From: Thermoanaerobaculia bacterium
GTDB lineage: Bacteria > Acidobacteriota > Thermoanaerobaculia > Gp7-AA8
Reading direction: 5' to 3'
DNA: 64,000 nucleotides
NCBI GenBank assembly: GCA_044866315.1
Contig: JBIOTX010000088.1
Location: 4,210-68,209, forward strand
The notes under the pieces are model-generated. The model did not search any database and was not told where the DNA came from. It saw nothing but the letters and a program-made list of their open reading frames with translations. The position numbers were made by a program, and so were the translations under genes. Shown piece by piece: positions 35,203 through 42,723 of this stretch. Every line of letters starts with the position of its first letter. The stretch's first letter is position 1.

Positions 35203-35279
35203 CCTTGGCCGCGAGCCCGAGGCTACAAGGTCTGACGCCCGGCGTTTCTTCCAAGTTCGGGTGGACTTAAACTCGTAAC

Positions 35280-36017
35280 ATGAGCGACTTGTCGTACACG
35301 CCGCCGACCCCGCCTCCGCCGCCCCCTCCGCCCACTCCTCCTCCCGCCGCCCCCCGGCTGGCGAACGAGTTCGACTTCGCCAAGCCGTTCACGTTCGTGT
35401 TCGAGGATCCGCTGTGGGTGAACAAGATTCTCATGGGCGGCCTCTTCTATCTGGCCGGTTTCGTCATCATCGGCTGGTTCTTCATCCTCGGCTATTGCGC
35501 GAAGCTCGCCCGCAACGTCGTGGCAAACGTTGCCAACCCGCTGCCGGAGTGGGACGAGCTCGGCGAATACTTCAACGAGGGGCTGCGCCTGTTCGGGGTG
35601 GTGCTGGTGTACATCGTCCCGATGGTCGCGCTCGCCGGCTTCTTCATCGTCCCGGCCATCCTCTCCGACGCCTCCGGCAACGACGCCGTCCGGGCCCTCG
35701 GCAGCGGCATGGCCGGCTGCGTGGCCTGTCTGTTCGTGCCCCTCTCGCTTGCGGTGATGTTCTTCATGCCCGCCTCGCTGCTCTTCGTCGCGGTCGAGCA
35801 GCGCTTCAACGCCGGGTTCGAGTTCTCGCGGATCTGGCCGTGGATCAAGGCCAACCTCGGCAACTACCTGCTCGCGCTGGTGGTCTACCTCATCGCCCGG
35901 TCGCTGGCCGGCTTCGGGGTCATCCTCCTCTGCATCGGCGTGATCTTCACCGGCTTCTGGTCGATGCTCATCACCACCCACGGCTACGCGCAGGTATACC
36001 GGGTCTCGCGCAAATGA
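35280..36017 (+). CDS. DUF4013-like integral membrane protein with poly-Pro N-terminus
   Basis: FDFAKPFTFVFEDPLWVNKILMGGLFYL... followed by about 5 TM helices. Confidence 0.65.
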   Translation: MSDLSYTPPTPPPPPPPPTPPPAAPRLANEFDFAKPFTFVFEDPLWVNKILMGGLFYLAGFVIIGWFFILGYCAKLARNVVANVANPLPEWDELGEYFNEGLRLFGVVLVYIVPMVALAGFFIVPAILSDASGNDAVRALGSGMAGCVACLFVPLSLAVMFFMPASLLFVAVEQRFNAGFEFSRIWPWIKANLGNYLLALVVYLIARSLAGFGVILLCIGVIFTGFWSMLITTHGYAQVYRVSRK

Positions 36018-36472
36018 AGCGCGACACGAGAATCGTCTTCGCCGTGCTGGCGGCGATCCCGGCGCTGATCCTCTCCGCCTCGGCGCTCTGTACGTGGGCG
36101 ATCGCCAGCGGCGCGTCGCCGCGCTGGCGCCTGCTCTTCCGGATCATGTGTCACGGCCGGCCGGAGCGGTCGCTGGAGCTGTTCGGAACGGAGATGCCGA
36201 TCTGCGCGCGCTGCGTCGGCATCTATGTCGGCCTGCTGGTGGGGCTGGCCGCGTTCGGGATGGTGCGTTTTCTCTCCGAGCGGGCCATGCGCGTAACACT
36301 TTTCGTCGCCGCGATGCCGCTGGCGATCGACGGATTGACGCAGCTGGCGGGGCTCCGGGAGAGCACGAATCCGCTTCGTCTGGCGACGGGACTCATCGCC
36401 GGTTTGTGCTTTGGATTGTGGGTTTTGTGCGCGGTGCAACATCGCGATCGAGCTCTCGTCACCACTTCTTGA
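36014..36472 (+). CDS. DUF2085-like membrane protein
   Basis: CHGRPERSLELFGTEMPICARCVGIYVG motif. ATGA start/stop overlap with the upstream gene. Confidence 0.7.
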   Translation: MKRDTRIVFAVLAAIPALILSASALCTWAIASGASPRWRLLFRIMCHGRPERSLELFGTEMPICARCVGIYVGLLVGLAAFGMVRFLSERAMRVTLFVAAMPLAIDGLTQLAGLRESTNPLRLATGLIAGLCFGLWVLCAVQHRDRALVTTS

Positions 36473-36569
36473 CCTGTCAAGATCGCTGGGTTACGCTTCC
36501 GAGGCACCCGCGACCAGTCGGCTCGAACTTTCAACGGCGGCCGCTGCCGTCGGTTAGGCAAACTCTGAC

Positions 36570-37379
36570 ATGGCCTTTCAGGGATCGCTCAAAGAGCTGC
36601 CGCTTCCCGACATCATCCAGCTCGTCAGCGTGTCGGGCAAGACCGGGAAATTCACTCTCACCCGCGATACCGACCGCGGGTTCATCTACCTCAAGAACGG
36701 ACAGATGGTGCACGCCACGGTCGGGGACCTCATCGGCGAGGAAGCGATCTACGCGCTGGCGATCTGGAACCAGGGCGAGTTCCAGTTCACGCCCGCCGAG
36801 GAGCCGGACCGCCAGACCATCACCAAGTCGAACACGAATCTGTTGATGGAGGCGGCGCGACGCCTCGACGAGTGGCGCGTGCTCTCGAAGAAGATCGCCT
36901 CGGTGGAGCTCGTGCCGGAGCTGCTCGCGCGCGAGAATCGCCACGAGCAGGTCACCCTCAACCCGCAGGAGTGGATGCTCATCACCAGGATCGACGGCCA
37001 CCGCTCCATCGCCGACATCGGCCGGACGCTGAACATGTCCTCGTTCGACGTGGCCAAGATCCTGTACGGAATGATCACTGGCGAGCTCGTTCACTTAAAA
37101 AAAAAATTTGAGCGCGACCCCGATCGCGAAAACGGCGAGCTAGTCGACCTCGCCGCGCGCATCCGCGCCGTGGCCGAGGAGTTCATCGGCGACTCCGCCC
37201 GCAAGACCATCGAGAAGCACTTCCTCCACGCCCTCGACGGCATCATGAACGGCGACGGCTACCAGGCCGTGGACCACATGGTGGTGGAGTTCGAGAAGAC
37301 GGCCTCGCTCCTGCGGGGCATCTCGGTGACGGAGAAACTGCGCAGCCGGATCAACGAAGTGCGCTCGCTGGCGTCGTAG
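36570..37379 (+). CDS. DUF4388 domain protein
   Basis: MAFQGSLKELPLPDIIQLVSVSGKTGKFTL...GFIYLKNGQMVHA...GEEAIYALAIWNQGEFQF. Confidence 0.8.
   Translation: MAFQGSLKELPLPDIIQLVSVSGKTGKFTLTRDTDRGFIYLKNGQMVHATVGDLIGEEAIYALAIWNQGEFQFTPAEEPDRQTITKSNTNLLMEAARRLDEWRVLSKKIASVELVPELLARENRHEQVTLNPQEWMLITRIDGHRSIADIGRTLNMSSFDVAKILYGMITGELVHLKKKFERDPDRENGELVDLAARIRAVAEEFIGDSARKTIEKHFLHALDGIMNGDGYQAVDHMVVEFEKTASLLRGISVTEKLRSRINEVRSLAS
37097..37106 (+). repeat. A10 homopolymer tract inside the DUF4388 CDS
   Basis: cactt-aaaaaaaaaa-tttgag encodes LKKKF. The longest homopolymer I saw in this high-GC window. Confidence 0.9.
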
Positions 37380-37459
37380 AACGGGCGTCTCGCCCGCTCC
37401 TCGAAGAAGCGGAGGACGGCTGGAACGCCTGGCTACACGTCCGGGTTACACTGTTCATC

Positions 37460-37660
37460 ATGGCGAAGGCGCTGATCACCACGGACTTTCCGACACCGAG
37501 CGAGGTAGCGTCACATTTCCGCATTCCTTCGTCGCGCGTCGCCGAGCTGAACCGGCAAATCGCTGAGATGCGTGAAGCAGACGTGAACGGGCAGCATCGC
37601 CGTGCAGCGGCGCGTCGAACGGCACGAAAGTCGACCGCAGCTCGAGCCAAGAAGAAGTAG
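37460..37660 (+). CDS. Small basic protein with HTH-like segment, unknown function
   Basis: 66-aa ORF in the lower-GC islet. PTPSEVASHFRIPSSRVAELNRQI looks helix-turn-helix-like, with a Lys/Arg-rich tail. Stops 9 nt before the next gene. Confidence 0.45.
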   Translation: MAKALITTDFPTPSEVASHFRIPSSRVAELNRQIAEMREADVNGQHRRAAARRTARKSTAARAKKK

Positions 37661-37669
37661 GCAGCACGG

Positions 37670-38296
37670 GTGGGCACATCGCGCTCGACCCAGCCCTTCG
37701 CATTCATCAACCTTCCCTACGCCAAGCGATACGAGAAGGTCTATCTCGCGTTCATTGCCGGTGTTTCAGGCTACGGTCTCGTGCCGACAGCAGCTGTCCG
37801 CGATCCTTCGAGCCGCTACCAGCTCGATCGCATTTACGATCTGATCGCGTCCTCGCAGTATTCATTTCATGACCTCTCGTGGATGTCGCTCGACCGGAAA
37901 GTCCCTCGCACGCCGCGTCTGAACATGACGTTCGAGCTCGGGCTGGCGGTTGCGATCAGCCGGGCACCTGGCACAAACCACCAGTGGTTTGTTTTCGACA
38001 CCGTGCCTTATCGGCTCGACAAGGCGCTGAGTGACCTCGGCGGAATTCGCCCGCGCATCCACGATCGATCTCCGGGGAGCGTCTTGCGCGCTCTGATGAA
38101 TGCACTTGCGCGCGAACGCAATCAACCGACGCTGGTTCATCTTCTGAACATCTACAAAGAAGTGGAGAGGATGGCGCGACGGATCAAGGCGAACTACTCG
38201 ACCGATCTTTTCGATACGCGACCATTCGCCGATTTGGCCTACGTGGCGAATAAGGCCGCCCAGATTCACGTGCCGTCGCTCGCCCGGCCGTCGTGA
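37670..38296 (+). CDS. Hypothetical protein with TIR-like / nucleoside 2-deoxyribosyltransferase-like core (candidate effector)
   Basis: 208-aa ORF with a GTG start. By eye it is co-linear with the COG4271/PF10137-type TIR-like pattern: AFINLPY (beta1), GYGLVP, SSQYSFHDLS, PRLNMTFELGLAVA (conserved Glu), LSDLGGIRPRIHD (PSDLxG-like). Confidence 0.55.
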   Translation: MGTSRSTQPFAFINLPYAKRYEKVYLAFIAGVSGYGLVPTAAVRDPSSRYQLDRIYDLIASSQYSFHDLSWMSLDRKVPRTPRLNMTFELGLAVAISRAPGTNHQWFVFDTVPYRLDKALSDLGGIRPRIHDRSPGSVLRALMNALARERNQPTLVHLLNIYKEVERMARRIKANYSTDLFDTRPFADLAYVANKAAQIHVPSLARPS

Positions 38297-38314
38297 GCGC
38301 CGCGGCTGACCTGC

Positions 38315-38806
38315 TCAGCGTGAGCTGCGCGCCCGCTTCTTTCGCCCCGCTTCGCCTGCTTCCGGACGTCTCTGGGCCACCGAAGGCGTGACGCGCGGCG
38401 AGGGCTTTCCGCGTGCGGATCGGAGCGATCGCAGCGCGAGCTGCAGCATGCCGGGATGTTCGATCTTCAACTCACCGCGCTCCCACCGAGCCACCGTGTT
38501 CGGGCTGACGGACAGTTGGCGGGCGAGCTCGAGCTGGCTGAGACCAGCGCGTTCGCGCTCCTTCCGAAGTTTTGCTCCGTCCAGTCGAGCGGCTTCCGCG
38601 TCAGCTCGCGAAGGCTCCTCGTGAAGCTCGAGGTCCGAGATATCAATGACCCGGCTGGCGTGTTCCAAGTCAATGCCGAGGAGACGTCCGGCCTCATCGA
38701 AATCGAGGACGACTCCGGGCGCGGCTTCTACGGAGTCCCGGTATTGGTTGTGTTCGGACAACGCGAGGTAGAGCGAGTCAGCCTTGCGGTCGTAAAAGAA
38801 CTTCAT
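38315..38806 (-). CDS. DUF2283 + XRE-family HTH fusion protein (putative antitoxin/regulator)
   Basis: MKFFYDRKADSLYLALSE...GVVLDFDEAGRLLGIDLEHAS (DUF2283), then LRKERERAGLSQLELARQLSVSPNTVARWERGE (Cro/C1 HTH). Confidence 0.8.
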   Translation of the reverse strand: MKFFYDRKADSLYLALSEHNQYRDSVEAAPGVVLDFDEAGRLLGIDLEHASRVIDISDLELHEEPSRADAEAARLDGAKLRKERERAGLSQLELARQLSVSPNTVARWERGELKIEHPGMLQLALRSLRSARGKPSPRVTPSVAQRRPEAGEAGRKKRARSSR

Positions 38807-39039
38807 TGCTTCGCTCTCCTTCGTTCAAAGGTGCGATCGAAGAATGCATTCAGCAGCGTACCGTCCGGCTCTGTGACGACACGAAGGTAATGCCGCGCTT
38901 CGTCGACGTACGCCCAGTACCTGATGCGGCCGTCTTCCTGAACTTCGGTAGCGATGGGCGATTCCACAGCGCGCTCGCACCACATTCGCTCGATGCCACG
39001 ATCACGGATCTTCCGCTCGAAGTATTCGGTTGACCGCAC
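38803..39039 (-). CDS. DUF4258-like putative toxin
   Basis: 78-aa ORF (GTG start) overlapping the downstream DUF2283 gene by 4 nt. ...RDRGIERMWCERAV...DGRIRYWAYVDEARHYLRVVTEPDGTLLNAFFD. Confidence 0.7.
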   Translation of the reverse strand: MRSTEYFERKIRDRGIERMWCERAVESPIATEVQEDGRIRYWAYVDEARHYLRVVTEPDGTLLNAFFDRTFERRRAKQ

Positions 39040-39084
39040 CAGCGGTCAGGATATACGTGAGGTATAGCGGCGGCAAGGCGCTTC

Positions 39085-39501
39085 CTATTCCACCCGCCCG
39101 CGCAGCTTCTTCGTTTCGCCGCGGCGCTTTTTTTCCTCGATGCGCTTCTGCTTCGCGGCTCGGGACACCTTCGTCTTCTTCCGCTTCTTCGGCTCGATGA
39201 GCGCGGCGCGGAGCAGATCCTCCATGCGCGCGAGGGCGTGATCGCGGTTGTCGTGCTGGGAGCGGGCGGCCTGGGAGGTCACGCGGAGGACGCCTTCCTT
39301 GTTGATGCGCGAGGCGAGGCGTTGACGGACGCGTTCCTTCTGTTCGGGAGAGAGCGGCAGCGCTTCGACGTCGAGCTCGATGGTGACGCGGGTCTCGACC
39401 TTGTTCACGTTCTGGCCGCCGGGGCCGCCGCTGCGCGAGGTGGTTGCGCGCAGGAGCTCCTCGGGCACGACGACGCCGTTACCGAGGTCCAGCGATCTCA
39501 C
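39085..39501 (-). CDS. arfB: Alternative ribosome-rescue factor ArfB (peptidyl-tRNA hydrolase, GGQ motif)
   Basis: ORF 39085..39864 trimmed to the GTG at 39501. VVPEELLRATTSRSGGPGGQNVNKVETRV plus a Lys/Arg-rich C-terminal tail. 138 aa, typical ArfB length. Confidence 0.85.
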   Translation of the reverse strand: MRSLDLGNGVVVPEELLRATTSRSGGPGGQNVNKVETRVTIELDVEALPLSPEQKERVRQRLASRINKEGVLRVTSQAARSQHDNRDHALARMEDLLRAALIEPKKRKKTKVSRAAKQKRIEEKKRRGETKKLRGRVE

Positions 39502-41152
39502 GCACCACCACCTGTCCGGGTTTGGCGCCGGTGTGCTCTCCGTCGCGGAGGACCTGCACGCCGTTGACGAAGACGTGCTGGACGCCGAGGGCGTACTGGC
39601 GCGGGTTGGCGAACGTCGCCGGGGCGGCGATGGTCGCGGGATCGAACACCACCACGTCCGCGAAGTGCCCCGGCCGGAGCGCGCCGCGCGTGGTGAGGCC
39701 GAGGTTCGCGGCGGGGAGGGTGGTGAGACGTCGGATGGCTTCCTCGAGGGGGATGAGCTTTTCGTCGCGCACGTACTTGCCGAGAAGATTGGCGAAGTTG
39801 CCGTACTCGCGTGGGTGGGTGGAGGACTTGAGGAACACGCCCTCGGGGGCCGACGCGCCGGCATCGGAGCCGAAGCTCACCCACGGCAGCCGGATCTGCT
39901 TGCGTACGTTGTCCTCGTGCATGAGGAAGTACACCGTGTCGACGCGGCTGCCGTCCTCGATCACGAGATCGATGGCCGTATCCTCGGGCGACGTGCCGCG
40001 CATGCGCGCCACCTCTGCGAGCGTCTTGCCGGTCAGGGGCTTGAGCTTCTCGTTCTTGAAGCCGATGAGCAGCACGCGCTCGGGGGAGCCGGCGAGGAGG
40101 AAGAGGTTCTCCCACTCGTCGGTCGGCGTCTTCATCTCCCGGATGACGCGCTCGCGCGTGGCCGGGTCCATGAGCCGGTTGCGCCAGGCCTCGAAGCCGC
40201 CCTCCTGCACCCACGGCGGCATAGCCGCGTCGAGCCCGGTCGCGCCGGCGGTGTAGGTGTACATGTCGGCGGTGATGCGCTGCCCGGCCGCGCGCGCCGC
40301 TTCCACCTTCGCGATGACCTGGTCCATCTTCGGCCAGTTCGGCCGGCCCGCGGCCTTGAGGTGGTAGATCTCCGCCGGCACGCCCGCCTCGCGGGAGATG
40401 GTGATCAGCTCGTCCACGGCCTCGACGAGGCGATTGCCCTCGCTGCGCATGTGGGAGATGTACATTCCGCCATACGGCGCGGCGGCCTTGCACAGCTCGA
40501 TCAGCTCGTCCGTCTTGGCGTAGAACGCCGGCGCGTAGATCAGCGACGAGCCGACGCCGAGGGCGCCGTCGCGCATGGCCTGGTCGACGAGCGCGCGCAT
40601 GCGCTGCAGTTCCTCCGCATTCGGCGGGCGGTCCGCTTCGCCCAGGACGTGGATGCGCACGGTGGTGGCGCCGACGAACGAGGCCACGTTGACGGAGCTC
40701 CCGCGCCGCACGAGCGAGTCGAGATACTCGCGCAGGGTCGTCCAGTCGATGTCGTACTTGATGTCGCCCTGGCGGGCGAGCATCTCCTTCTTCATGGCGT
40801 CATTGAGCGGTCCCATCGACCACCCTTCGCCGAAGACCTCCAGGGTCACGCCCTGCTTGACGTCGGCCATGGCCCGGCCATCGACGATCAGCGTGTCCGT
40901 GGCCCAGCTGAGCATGTTGATGAAGCCGGGCGCGACGGCCTTGCCGCGCGCGTCGATCTCCGCGCGGCCGCTGCCGCGCACGGTGCCCACGGCGACGATG
41001 CGATCGCCCTGGATGGCCAGGTCGCCGGTGCGCGGCGCGGCGCCGCTGCCGTCGTAGATCAGCCCGTTGCGAAGCACGAGGTCGTATTGCGGCTGCGTGG
41101 TCGTGCAGGCGCAGGCGAGGAGGAGAAGCAACAGTGCGACAATCGTCCGCAT
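39479..41152 (-). CDS. N-acyl-D-amino-acid deacylase (D-aminoacylase) family amidohydrolase, lipoprotein
   Basis: ORF 39479..42682 trimmed to MRTIVALLLLLLACAC. YDLVLRNGLIYDGSGAAPRTGDLAIQGDRIVAVG...GFINMLSW...SDAGA... Confidence 0.9.
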   Translation of the reverse strand: MRTIVALLLLLLACACTTTQPQYDLVLRNGLIYDGSGAAPRTGDLAIQGDRIVAVGTVRGSGRAEIDARGKAVAPGFINMLSWATDTLIVDGRAMADVKQGVTLEVFGEGWSMGPLNDAMKKEMLARQGDIKYDIDWTTLREYLDSLVRRGSSVNVASFVGATTVRIHVLGEADRPPNAEELQRMRALVDQAMRDGALGVGSSLIYAPAFYAKTDELIELCKAAAPYGGMYISHMRSEGNRLVEAVDELITISREAGVPAEIYHLKAAGRPNWPKMDQVIAKVEAARAAGQRITADMYTYTAGATGLDAAMPPWVQEGGFEAWRNRLMDPATRERVIREMKTPTDEWENLFLLAGSPERVLLIGFKNEKLKPLTGKTLAEVARMRGTSPEDTAIDLVIEDGSRVDTVYFLMHEDNVRKQIRLPWVSFGSDAGASAPEGVFLKSSTHPREYGNFANLLGKYVRDEKLIPLEEAIRRLTTLPAANLGLTTRGALRPGHFADVVVFDPATIAAPATFANPRQYALGVQHVFVNGVQVLRDGEHTGAKPGQVVVREIAGPR

Positions 41153-41359
41153 GGGCGAAGTATATGAATCAACGAGGCGCGTACTGCTCGCAGTTCTCGC
41201 TGTGGTCGCGACGCCCGTCCTCGGCGACGCCGATCTCGTCCTCACCCCGGCACCATCCGGCCGGCAGCGTACGAGCCGGTAAACCCGGGCACCCGCGTCG
41301 GTTACGGGGTCGACCTTCACAACGAAGGACCCGATTCCGCGCAGAACGTCGTCTTCCGC

Positions 41360-42685
41360 ATGCCGCTCCCCGGCGGCTCCACGAACGTGACTGTGCGGAT
41401 CACCACGGGCGATACGACGCAGTGGCAGTGCGGCCTGGCCGGCGATGACGTGGTCTGCACGCGCGTGAGCCTGCCCCCGAGCTTCACGCACCTGGAGATC
41501 GCGGCCGACACGCCGCTCTCCGGCGGCCGCTTCGTGGGCCGGGCCACGCTGCGGTCGGACACGCCCGATCCTCGGCCGTTCAACGAGTCCGAGGTGATCA
41601 CCGACGTCTATCGCGTCTTCGCGGTCGACTCGATCGCCGATGCCGGCGCGGGCGCGCTGCGCGATGCCATCAGCAGTGCGAACGCGCTCTGCCGCGACGG
41701 CAGCCCGTGCAAGATCCGCATCGACGTCCCCGCGGACACGCGCCTCGAGCCGCTGTCGCCATTGCCCCAGATCGCGACCTGTCATCTCGTCATCGAGGCC
41801 GCGCACGACACCGTCCTGAACGGCTCCCGCGTGCGATCCGGCCACGGTCTGGACGTCGTCCAGCCGTCCGATCGCCTCTGCGGCATGGAGCTGTTCCGCC
41901 TCAGCGGGATGATCGTCGACGGCTTCCCCGACGACGGCCTCCGCATCTCGCGTCACGGCCGGTCGTCGATCGAGCGCAGCGTCTTCCGGGCAAACGGCTC
42001 GCGCGGCGTGGTCGTCGACGCTGCCGGCGCTTACATCGACATCACCCGCTCGATGCTGGCGCAGAATCGCCGCAGTGGTCTCTTCATCTGGGCCGGCACG
42101 AGCATCTCCGTCTCCGGCTCGGAGCTGATCGACAACGGCGCCAGCGGCGCGTTCATCGCCCGCGGATGGCTGGCCGTGACTCGGAGCACCATCGCGGGCA
42201 ACCGGCAGTTCGGCGTCGCCGTCGCGCCCGCCGGCCACGCCCTGGTCGAGGAGACCTCGATCCACTCCAACGGCATCCTCGGCTTCGACTGGAATCTCGA
42301 CGGCCCGACCCCGCCGCGCGACGGCGATCCGCTCCTCCTCAATGCACCGGTCATCCTCGACGCGCATTACGACCCCGCCGCCGACGCGACGGTCATCCGG
42401 CTGGCGCTGCGCGAAGAGCCGCCGCCGCACAACGGTGCCAAGTACGCCATCGACGTCTTCAGCAGTCGCGGGCGGAGTCGATGGGGAGCGGCCGAGGGGG
42501 AGAAGCTGGAGAAGACCACCGGCATCGAGCGCTGGAACGGCGGCCCGTTCGACCAGGAATTCACGGTCAGCATCCCCGGCGATCTGCGCGGACAGGTGAT
42601 CTCCGCGCTCACGCGCGCCGGCTATTACCCGGACTTCCCCTACTCGGAGAGCTCCGAGTTCTCGAACGGGGTGGATGTGCACTGA
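41360..42685 (+). CDS. Beta-helix paralog 1 (divergent); body of a frameshifted gene whose signal peptide and DUF11-like start lie in another frame at 41151..41282
   Basis: In-frame sequence upstream of 41360 (from 41261) reads PAAYEPVNPGTRVGYGVDLHNEGPDSAQNVVF but has no start codon. Frame 41151..41282 gives MGEVYESTRRVLLAVLAVVATPVLGDADLVLTPAPSG. The body has GAGALRDAISSAN, PbH1-like repeats and C-terminal SESSEFSNGVDVH. Confidence 0.65.
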   Translation: MPLPGGSTNVTVRITTGDTTQWQCGLAGDDVVCTRVSLPPSFTHLEIAADTPLSGGRFVGRATLRSDTPDPRPFNESEVITDVYRVFAVDSIADAGAGALRDAISSANALCRDGSPCKIRIDVPADTRLEPLSPLPQIATCHLVIEAAHDTVLNGSRVRSGHGLDVVQPSDRLCGMELFRLSGMIVDGFPDDGLRISRHGRSSIERSVFRANGSRGVVVDAAGAYIDITRSMLAQNRRSGLFIWAGTSISVSGSELIDNGASGAFIARGWLAVTRSTIAGNRQFGVAVAPAGHALVEETSIHSNGILGFDWNLDGPTPPRDGDPLLLNAPVILDAHYDPAADATVIRLALREEPPPHNGAKYAIDVFSSRGRSRWGAAEGEKLEKTTGIERWNGGPFDQEFTVSIPGDLRGQVISALTRAGYYPDFPYSESSEFSNGVDVH

Positions 42686-42723
42686 TTGGACATTCCGTCG
42701 CCGGCTTCCGTACTCTCCTGGAC

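Noticed and set aside
33776-35254. 492-aa ORF merging the VanZ-like gene with sequence overlapping the TonB-like gene.
   Set aside because: Only the last ~155 aa look like a VanZ membrane protein. The upstream part is an alternative frame of the well-supported TonB-like CDS 34261..35202.
39479-42682. 1067-aa version of the D-aminoacylase ORF extending upstream over paralog 1.
   Set aside because: The family-typical N-terminus with a lipoprotein signal (MRTIVALLLLLLACAC, then YDLVLRNGLIYDG) starts at 41152. The upstream extension is antisense to the beta-helix gene and is low complexity.
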